Shown here one piece after another: positions 1 to 9,959 of a stretch of 64,000 nucleotides of DNA. Where the stretch lies: positions 1 to 64,000 of the forward strand of contig JALMLS010000027.1 of NCBI GenBank assembly GCA_038496445.1, given 5' to 3'. The notes under the pieces are model-generated. The model ran no database searches. It saw only the letters and a program-made list of their open reading frames with translations, and was not told where the DNA came from. The translations under genes were made by a program, and so were the position numbers. Position 1 is the stretch's first letter; each line of letters opens with the position of its first letter. Source of the DNA: Trichosphaerium sp. ATCC 40318. Taxonomy: Eukaryota > Protista > Tubulinea.

Positions 1-957
1 GTTGGAATACACACGTGATAGGTTTTCATCACTAAGAGAACAACTCAAAATACGTCTCCAGAAATGTGGTGCGTGCACACATTTTGACACATTGTCAAAT
101 TTCAGTGAAACAACTTTAATGTTGTTTCTTCATTTTTCGACTCTTAGCAAGTGTTGTAAGGTTGTAAGAGGGCTTATTATTTCTTTGTTCGCTTTTTTGG
201 GTTGGTTGTTTAATTTATTGAGCTAGGTACCGTGTTTCGGTGAAACAGTTCCAACAGTATAATTGTACTCCACTACTACGCTACTGGCCGCAAGTACTAC
301 GTTTATTAGAACCGAACTTCTCTTGGGATTGGAGGAATTTTAATCTACGTAATAAACAAACCACACAAAAGTAAGATACAAGAAAAGAAGTCCGATAGTT
401 ATTGATGATTTTGCTGTAGGTTACTGTTAGATTGTGTAAGGCGAATTTTTCCTCAGTATCAGGTTGAGGAGGAAACTTTCATAGAAATGGCATCTATCGA
501 AGGTGGTCTTATTAATGTCGATGTTTATGTACCAGAGATTAACCTCGCTATTGAGTACCAAGGTTAGGATTTTTGTTTCCAAAAGAAATACTTTTTCCTT
601 TAAACTTTCCAATTTCTGAATCTTACTCTACCAGGTGAACAACATTATGGTGATGTGTTAAAATGGCACCCTTCGAATATGCAGCAAGCCCGTGATGCTG
701 AGAAAAAGCAAGTTTGTAAAGTTGCCGGTACAGCATTAGCTTTTTTTCCCTTTCTGAAGTTCTTTAGGTATTTGTGTGTACCAATACCATTCACATGGAC
801 AGGTGACATTGCGTCTATAATAGCTACTATACAATACTATAAACCATCTCTTGCGTTATCTGTACCTATTGGAGCACGTCCTCTTATAGAGAACACAAAT
901 AACTTGACAGGTGAACAGGTTGAACTAATGGCTCCAAATACAATGCTTGTCATGTAA
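1..957 (+). CDS. 3' part of a Trp-rich tandem-repeat protein with C-terminal PD-(D/E)xK/RAP-like nuclease domain (paralog of the gene at 16813-20822); 5' end outside window
   Basis: Spliced exons read YRVSVKQFQQYNCTPLLRYWPQVLRLLEPNFSWDWRNFNLRNKQTTQ / LLLDCVRRIFPQYQVEEE...NVDVYVPEINLAIEYQG / EQHY...QQARDAEKKQVCKVAG...PIPFTW, collinear with the paralog. An apparent 1-nt deletion lies near 778. Confidence 0.75.
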
Positions 958-1071
958 AAAATTTTGTAAATAGTAAAGCAATTGTAGAAGAACACGTGGA
1001 GCCATAAAATACAAAAAGAAAAAAAAAAACAAACATTATACTGCATAGTCAGTTTAAGTGTATACCAGTAC

Positions 1072-3093
1072 TTACAGTGACAGAGAAGGCTGTTTATTGG
1101 GTGCGCATTGTATAATTTCACGCCGCCATTGTGTAAACAAGCAACTGAAGTCAACGGTTTTTGATGTTCCTTTATCGAAATCTGAAACTTTCCATTTTTC
1201 TCCAAATATAACAGCTTGTACTGGTCTTGTAAATCCAATAATATTGTTCAACACAACACCATTCTTGATGTCAACAACAAAAATAGAATTATTCTCTCCC
1301 CCTTACAAACAACATTATTTTTATGGAATGTGTTGTAAGTGAATTGTGGACTATCTAGTCGAAAAAGGAGATAATTCTAGTAGTAAATGATATAAGTACC
1401 TATGAAAACGGTCTCCTGTCGTGGTCCAAAAGACCAACGACTTAGCGAGTTGCTTCCTGGATATGAAATTGACCACACTTGTTTTGTATTTTTTCTTCTA
1501 TCCCATAAATTTATATAACCATTTGTTGTGTTTGTTATCAAATAATTCTCATTGTACATTAACTTTAAATTAGATACTGATGATTCATGTCGTAGTAGTT
1601 TCTCATGGCTACCACGTTTCATTGATTTGCGTCTACCACGTAAATCTATAATATGGTTAATTAAGGCATATGTTGAGAGTGACACATTACCAACTGTTCG
1701 TATTAGACCATCACGAGAACCATTAAATAGTAAACTCCCATTTTCATTGAATTGTTGACAAAATACGTCGGTTTCACGTGAGAAGCAACGTGTAACATGA
1801 TTTGTTTCTATGTTAACTAGTATCGCCGATTTTGTTAATCCTATTAAACTGTTGTAAGTTTCAGATACAGAGCAAGAACTATCAAAAAAATAACTGCACC
1901 TATGCTGATTTGTGATGTATTGGGCCGCCATCTATGGCACCACATGGAGGCACGCTTTATAGATTTACTATATATTTCTCGCATAAGATAATCACGTATT
2001 TTTAAAACTCCAGGTTGCTCACCACCAAGAATTGTAGTGCTATGTTTGTTAGCCAACTTAGTAGATTTTAAGTCGACAAGAACGAACAGAAAATCACTGC
2101 GTGTGCCATGGATAGTTACACCTTATAAACTTGGTAAAACAGCGTACGATTTTATGTTCAACTTTTTATCATGAATCCAACTCACTGATGTGACCTACAA
2201 ACAATATTAGACAGAAAAAAAAAGTCATATATCCGCGAAATTGCAATTCAAAAAACCATGCTGGACTCCATACAGGTGTGTGCGCTCTGAAAATAAAATG
2301 GGGAATACAGTCCTTCACTGTTTGGTATTGTATCCAATAAACTTGGATACATTGTAAGTAAATGGTTGAGAAACACTGTATTGAATACGATACCTGAAAT
2401 GTCCATGTGTTGTTCCCATTAGTATAGTTTCCCTGCTGCAATCAATATCATGCACTAGCTGCAGACCCAAATAACTTTGCACGTGATAGTATCTTCATTC
2501 TACTGAAAGAAAAATGTTCGAGTAACCTTGCTGATGAGTGAACACGTACTACAGCAACCAAATAAAAAATGTCAAAAAAAAGTCAGGTAACCTTGCCTTC
2601 GTTATAAACTGACATAATAAATTCTCCAGTTTGTACCTTAAGTTGCCCATAGCATCAGCTGTAAATCGTTCACGGTACATTACACGTGCGTACAATTTTT
2701 TCTTTGTTTGAATCAATGCATTGCTCTCTTTTAGCATCTTAGCTTGCTCTTGCTGCGCTGCAATCTTTGACTGGTATCGTTGATACGCTACAGTGCCTTT
2801 CCGTGGTATTTTAAAGTACTTTTCTAATTTGTAATCATAGTAAAATCCAGGCTCTGGTTTGATGTCTCCAGCACTATTTAAACGTAAAGAAGACGTAATA
2901 ATGAAGTTGTAGAGTAATCCCTTTTTTTCCGTTTAGGAGAGAATAAAGCCGGTGGCGGCGTGTTAGTTTTGATATTGTTCGCGTTACGCTTTGGTATTGG
3001 CGAATTACTCAGTTTGAACCTCATTTGCTTCCTTGTTTGTTTCATGCGTTTATTTGGGCGGTTTGGCTGTTTAACGGCTCTTCGCTTACTCAT
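1072..3093 (-). CDS. DCAF4: DCAF4/WDR21-like WD40-repeat protein (DDB1-CUL4 substrate receptor), multi-exon
   Basis: N-terminal PGFYYDYKLEKYFKI resembles the DCAF4 motif. WD40 segments include LLFNGSRDGLIR, HESSVSNLKL...NGYINLWDRR and GGENNSIFVVDIKNG. Confidence 0.7.
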
Positions 3094-3914
3094 GCGATCT
3101 TGTTTAGAGCGCCCGCTGGTTTAAAAACTGAATTGATCAAAAAAAGTCCTAGATCGTCCAACATAGCCAACGCAACTTTTATTATTGCGTCATCTCGTGT
3201 ACCACAACAGGTCGGATATTGTTGCCAGTACTATTAACACGTGACAGATGAGGGCGTAAAAGCATTAGCTGTTCACACCATCGAACCTTTCAAACTACTA
3301 CATTGCACTCGAATACTTACAAAATATCACGTGCTGTAAGTACACCGGTGTTATCTGATATTTTTATTCAGATAGTCTACGATTACAACTTTCTTCCATT
3401 TATATAACAAGTGCTAGCGTTGGTGGTGGGATAAAACCAGGGTAAAAAGCCACTTCGCTGTTGCCAATTTATCAATAATTGTTGCACGCATCTATAGCAC
3501 CTGGAATAAGCTGGTAAACTGATTATAAACAGCAAAGTTTATACTGTACGTATCAGCATAAAAAAGGGCTCCACGCTGAGAAGTTACAATTGGAGCTCCA
3601 TCAGCGACTAACATGTAAAAAGCGTCACGCAACACCTGACTTCCCCATATCACTAGTGAACGTGCAACTTGACCCTTTTTACAGCCAGTTAAGTATCGTC
3701 AGATGCCTATCTCATTTTTTTCTTGGTCTCCAACAACTCCAATAGTATTAATTATTAATGAACGTGAAGATAGAAGGCGCACAAGAAACTGTTTTATAGG
3801 CTTGGTCAGAAGCTATGGTTCGCTTCACAAGAAAAACGTGATTATTTAGGCGCACTTTTGGACTTTTTTTATTTGCGATTATTTTACCACGGAGGGTGTT
3901 TATTCTGATATATG

Positions 3915-4833
3915 TTAAAATAATGTCTTGTCTTGCACTAGTTCTTCAAATTTAAAGCCAGCAATCTTTGTTGCTTCCTTAAGCATCGAACGATCAACAA
4001 TATCCTTAGCAGCCAAGAAATGTAAGAACTGACTTCTTGCAGCGCCTGCAAAATTGTTTTTAAGAAAGCAAGGTAACCCACGTTTCTTCTTGTTTATGTA
4101 CAAAGGTATACGCATTATACCAAATACTTCAGTCCTAAAGATTGACGAATGAGAACCAACTCCTAAAAGAGCAAAACAAATAACAAAAAGAAACCTTGAC
4201 AGGTCACAGTGAAAAAGAAATGGAGATTACTTACCCCCACTCTTTGCCTGCCACTGCTCTATGTTCAACAAGTTGAATTTCAGCACGTGTGAGTCGTAAA
4301 GCGAAGAAATACATTCTAACATCAGCTACTGGATCGTAAAACTGAGATATTGTTTCAAGTTTATCCTTATTCCATTTTATGACATCTTTGCAATCACATT
4401 CTTCTACTATTTCTCGAAGAGCTAACAAGTTGTTGTAAGTAAATCAAACTACATTCATGCGTTTTGTAGCAACTGTGTCACAGAGTGTTACAATTCAATG
4501 AATTGCTACACAAATTGTGATGCTCGTTGGCCTTATTCTCTGGTTAATTAGCGTACCAGCTTCAGCAGGATCTTCCCCTGGGTCAACAAGTCCTCCAGCA
4601 AACCAATTTTACCATCAAAGCGTAATTGCGCCTAAACAAGATTATTAGACTTACCCTACGCTCATATATCGTACCAGTATTAACGGAATGTTATCTATTG
4701 TCAATGGGACTGAAACGTCAATGCTATTCGCAGCAATAGTGTCTCCACGAACAGGAGCGTATAGTGCGACGTGTGAGGCGGTAAGTCTCGCTTTCCCACA
4801 CAATTTAAAGTCAACAGGCTCAAGCTTTGCCAT
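3915..4833 (-). CDS. NUDT16: NUDT16-like Nudix hydrolase (U8 snoRNA-decapping enzyme/IDP phosphatase family)
   Basis: HVALYAP...IPL, QLRFDGKIG(F)AGGLVD, REIVEE (Nudix box) and EVFGIMRIPLY...GLPCFLKNNFAGAARSQFL match the NUDT16 order of motifs. One T appears to be missing at ~4601. Confidence 0.85.
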
Positions 4834-5091
4834 TAGTAAGTAGTGTTGTTCCCTTCGATAGTGGAAACGTTTTATGAACTACAGTGAGCGCTATTTTTAA
4901 GTACTGGCTTAAAGTTGTAGTCTTTTTTTCACTAAACGCTATCGTAACCCCAGATTTCAAGAGGTTCTTTTTTTTGGGGTTTCTGCGATGTGCCACGTAT
5001 GTATCAGGTGCGTAGATCTGTGACAACATTTTGAAGAAGGCAGTTGGACAATGATAAGCTGCTATTCAATTCACGTGTTACTTTGAGAGGT

Positions 5092-7040
5092 TTATTTAAG
5101 TGAACATCCGCTCAACGAAGTCGCCTTACAAGCGCCTTTACTAGTCGTCAATGTGATGCCTTTGTAAGTAGCCTCACAGCTATCATTTGTGCGTAGATCC
5201 TACAGTAATTAGAGACCAATATTAACTTGTTGATCCTTATTTTGCAAACAATGATGATAAGATGTTATTAATTTCGTACGACTTTGACTTTATCCCACAC
5301 TTTTTTCTTGGGGTTGAGGGCTGCATCAGGTTCTCCATCATAACCTTCACAAGTAATTTTTTCTCCTAACGGACAGTCGTTAGGTGGTTTTAATAGCTCT
5401 TTCTTTGATCCATCTTCGCTACAAGCTTGAAACAAAACAATCAGCAAAACCCCAAAAAGAAAGAAAAACTTGTAGTACTCATTTTTGTTGAAAAAATTCT
5501 TACCGCAAACTATCATAGCTTCAGATGCTACTCCTCTAAGCTTAGATCGCTTAGTATTAGCTAGAACAACGATCATACTACCAATCATTTTATCAATAGG
5601 AATGTGCTTAGCTACACCACTAACTACGTTAAGTGGTGTTTCGCCACCCTTAATAAAACTTTTAGCTGGTGAAAAGACGTGATAATTCATCGTCTACGTA
5701 CAATGTCAATTTTCTCAATGTATAATGAATCTGCATCTGGGTGTTTTTTACAATCGATAATTTTACCAACACGAAGATTAAGACGTGAAATGTCAACTGG
5801 TTTCGCTAAAAATAGTATTTTAAAAAAACATGAGTTCGACCTTCAGGAAAAAAAAGTACTCACGGCCTTTCTGTGTATTTTTTTTCTTTGGTTTCTTTGC
5901 CTTTTTAGCACCAGACTTTTTGCCATCGCCTCCCTTCTTAGGATTGGTATTCGAAGTTTTAGCGTCCTGGATTAATGTCAAAAAAAATCCCCTTGTAGAA
6001 ATAATAAAAACTAACCTGTGCCTTTTCTACAGCAACATCAAAATATCCTTCTTTTGTAACATTCGCTACCAAAGGTTTGCAAATAGATACCAACTCTTCG
6101 ACATCAACACGAAGCTTTAGGTGCTTTTCACCACCTCCCAGCCAGAAGTATGATGGATTCAGTTTAGTAATCCTATCCGATACCAAAAGAGGCATATCAG
6201 TCTTCATACCAAATGGACAAACACCGTTTTTTTCAAATCCAGTAACGCCCATACAATCCTATAAAAATACCTTAGCAGCTGATTATACCACGTATTAAAG
6301 AATGAACCACATGGTTGATCCTCTATGCATCCAAAGAAAGAAAGTACAATTTTCAATATTAATACTATAAAATGTGAAAGTTGTCTTCCTCACGTACCAC
6401 ACGTGCGTTAAAGCGGAAGTTTTTCTTTGGGACGTCTGGATTGAGGGAACTGATGTAATTTACAATCTTGATGCTATCCATTCTAACATAGGGTTAATTA
6501 CTACTCGTTGGGTAACTAGCATGGCGTGTTCTCGAACCGAAAAGTTTTTGCTAGTTTTTGGTACCTTGCTGTGTAAGGGATAAGCAAGCAGTAGTATTTG
6601 CTGTTTTTAGGGTCAGTGCAGTCAGTCTGAGTACAAGCGGTGTTTTCGAGGATGACACTTTTACACAAATGGTGTTTAGAGTGAGAACGAAGAATCTCCC
6701 TTATTTAATTGTTAGATGGTTTCTTGGTTGCTGTAAACGTACGTGCGTTCCTCGATGGTGCGTTGGTAGTAGTCTGTAGGTGAATGACGTAGTTTAAATC
6801 TAAATCGCGTTAAATGAGCGCTGAGTGTAGTATTGCGTTAATTGATTGAGGAGAGGCGTACTTTTGAAATCCTAAAAGCGCACAAGTCGCCTCTGTTTTT
6901 TTTTCAATCTCTGATTGCTTAGGAAGCCTCTTTGCTATTTTAGCTTTCAAATCAGCAATACGTTTCGCAAGTTGGGCTTGATTGTTTGTAATGGCGTCCA
7001 AACGCTTTGATACAGAAGAAGACTCAATAGTATGCAACAT
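5092..7040 (-). CDS. Fusion of a YbaK/ProX-like aminoacyl-tRNA deacylase domain and an EMAPII/Arc1p-type tRNA-binding OB domain
   Basis: [10 protein letters not shown]...YYCLLIPY and [18 protein letters not shown]...[12 protein letters not shown] (YbaK-like), then a Lys-rich linker, then [45 protein letters not shown] and [15 protein letters not shown] (EMAPII-like). Confidence 0.85.
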
Positions 7041-7187
7041 GGTGGTACGTAATCTTTAAATCAAAACCAAAAAAGCGAGTTTTCGCTCGCTTAACATTGT
7101 AAAGTGACACATGCCAAACAAAAGGAACAGAAATGACACTTGCATAAAAGAGTTGGTTTTGTTTAGTATTTACAAAGTAGTTTTTAA

Positions 7188-8263
7188 TTACATTACAACG
7201 CATCCTTTTGATGAATCTAGAGGCTCTATTAGTAAGAGGTTGTTAAAACACCTTATGGTACCATTACCTTCACTACCATATATCTCAAGTAGTGAGCTGA
7301 CGTGTTCTTTAGTCAATTTTGACCCTGCAATATCACAATATGTTGAGAGTAGCCATTTATACAAATCAATACGTCCTGGTTCATTACCACGCGTAGAAAT
7401 ATATGTAGCAATAGTGCCATGTGCTTTAGCTAATTTGCAAGCCTAGAAAAATCATGATCAGCGCCAAAAAAGCAAAGTAATTTCAGTACTTGGTGCATAG
7501 ATGGATTTTCTTTACTACTAGTAGCATGATTTAGCACAATAACTTGGCGCTCTTACTAGTCAACGTACCTGACATTATTGCTTTTTGGTTTTTCAGTGTA
7601 CGCAACCAAACATCCAGAACCTAGTGTCGCGATTTCTGGCGTCTTTGAAAGCGTGTCAGTGTATTGTAAATTACATGAAGTGTACCCAAATTTGAGGGGC
7701 AAAGCCTGGTGATGGTAGTGGTGTTCCACCAGGCAGTGGTACTTCAAATGTCTTTTGTGTATTAGGGTTTCCTTTAACAATGAATCTGACATTAACTGTT
7801 AGGCACGCTTTTTTTTGTTTGGCGTACTGTTTTAGTAGTTTCTGTGCGTTTGCGAGACTTTGGTTGCTACCATGTGTATACGTAATAATTGCGATCCTGT
7901 ACGCTGAAGTTACCGCATTGATGAGGAAACTTTGTAATATAATCAGTTAATGCCTAAAGTAATAGTTTACGTACGGGTCGCATAAAAACTGCTCCAACGA
8001 AGAAAGATTTAAAGACACCCACAACGAATCCGTGCAAAATACTTGAGTACGCCTTTTAACGCCCAGGGTTGCTATACCAGGCCTACAAATGTCAATGTTC
8101 TTTACATTTATTCAAAAGTAGCTTACGTATTAGTTAGAGCAGCTGCTACATTGTCAGCTTCATCTCCGAGTACTAGCACTTCTATCTGTTTGGTTGTTAG
8201 AATAATTACAAAATCATCATTACTAACATCCTCATGGACTACGCTGTCATCAATGTCGCTCAT
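7188..8263 (-). CDS. Degenerate Ras-like small GTPase-fold protein with a C-terminal CaaX box (CVVM)
   Basis: Spliced model: IEVLVLGDEADNVAAAL...YRIAIITYTHGSNQSLANAQKLL...PQIWVLDVW...QACKLAKAHGTIATYISTR...KGCVVM-stop. Confidence 0.5.
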
Positions 8264-8505
8264 GAAACACGCATATCACATTGATTTTAGTTCCCACAGC
8301 CTTAACAACTTAATAAGTTCGGTGCTTGCAAACAAGGCAATTTACTTCAACTTTAAATGTTCATCACGTGCAATTAAAAAGATAACAACAGCGCCTCGGC
8401 GATTGCTTTATTTAGACAGAAAGGGCGTATTTAGTTTACAATTTGTATTAACAGGTCGCATGGAGTTACATAGAATCGAAATGAAGAGGGATTGTTATTT
8501 TCTCA

Positions 8506-9638
8506 TCAGTTGTTTAAGGCTTTATGTTGAATAACTTTTACGCCAACAAATATCACTAGTGTCACGAGACCGAAAAAAATGAAACCGGCTTTGGCAACAC
8601 CTGCTGACTTGTCTTGAGCAAGCATTTGAAAGTCTAGTGCGCGTTCTTCCTCAGGATGATCGCTCAGTAGCTTGGCAATGAGACGACGAGATTCTCGCAC
8701 ATAACCGAGACTAATAAACGTAAATGAGGTTGCATGCAAAAAGATGCCAAAGAACTAACCGATAGTTCGCGTAAGCGAGGTAATACAAGCAATCCGCAGG
8801 TGTGTACGTAAATGTGTCCTCTCCAAATTGATTTTGAGTGACGTACTTGAACAACTCTACGCGCTACTTTAGAAGGTTTGCAAAGTAGTACTACACTTCG
8901 CACCTGTCATGTCTCTGATTCCTTGTTTGATTTCGTCGCGTTCTGTTGAGCGGATTAATTCTGTGGCAGTATCATAATCTACAACAACTTCTTCTGATTC
9001 ATTAGTCTACATTGTATTAGATTATGTGAGCGTGAGGGGGAAAGCAAAGCACAATTGCTTTAATGGGTTTTGAAAAACATTGTGATTGTTTTGCATTAAT
9101 TGGTGTTTTCTACGCACGTTACCAACGCCGTCTTGTTGAATGGTTATTTGGTTGATGTCCAAGCGAAAATATTCCAATTCTGTCTTGATCTTTTCTGTTG
9201 ATACACCCACAACTGGTAAATACAAAGTGCCTACATTAATAAGCGTTGGTTGCGATATAGGATCGTTTGAGTTTAATTAGTGAGCTATTCGAGCTTTTAC
9301 CGCAGTAGCATACTACGCAAAGCGCTCTTGTGATGGTTTGAGCGCTTGGTTCACATAGTTTTGCAATACAGAAAAGGTGAGTTGCATACCTGAGCGGTAT
9401 ACGTCTAAAATAGCCTCAAACACTCTTGGGTTTCTTCAATGGCATTAGTACTCAATAAGAAAAGTGGCGCCTACCTATCGAAGAAGTGACCGCCATCTGC
9501 GTCAGGAGCTGGTCTATTGGCTTTATCGTTAGGATTGAACATGCGGGCCAATCGTGAGCTTGGGTAGCGTTGGAAGGTGCTCGTAGCAACCATAAACTTA
9601 GTACCACCAAAATTTAAAAGGACTCTGTCTTCAGACAT
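8506..9638 (-). CDS. KCTD/T1-type BTB domain fused to a Fis1-like TPR region and C-terminal tail anchor
   Basis: MSEDRVLLNFGGTKF...YPSSRLARMF...HFFDRNPRVFEAILDVYRSG...ELEYFRL spliced in frame to LIRSTERDEIKQGI...DCLYYLAYANYRLGYVRESRRLIAKLLSDHPEEERA, then a TM segment (GFIFFGLVTLVIFVGV) and a short basic tail. Confidence 0.8.
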
Positions 9639-9959
9639 GTTGTACGACAATGAAAGTAACCAAAACAGGTTAAGTTATTGTTCAACTGCTTAAAGTTGGA
9701 TGCTATGTTCGTTGTAAACCACCAGTAAAAATACTCAAATAAGTTACGAAGAGCTCGCTTTTCTGATAGGTTAGAACTCTTAGAGCAATCCTTCAATAGC
9801 ATAGGCAACAATGATGTTGTAATTGCTCAACTCTTATTATTCTGCAACTACATTGTGTTGCTTTTGAAGTTATAATTTTTCTTTGCACGTGTACTCAGAC
9901 GATATTGGATGACATCAGTATTAAAAGCGGTAGAATAGTGTATTTATTGAGGTGGTGAA

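Noticed and set aside
3395-3780. Minus-strand reading INTIGVVGDQEKNEIGI-TGA-RYLTGCKKGQVARSLVIWGSQ... with a plausible intron; considered as a selenoprotein or small gene
   Set aside because: No start codon, no redox motif around the TGA, no SECIS recognised and no family match; at best a decayed fragment.
7500-7570. Apparent double stop or frameshift in the pseudo-GTPase gene
   Set aside because: Resolved by a GTACGT...AAG intron that restores the frame.
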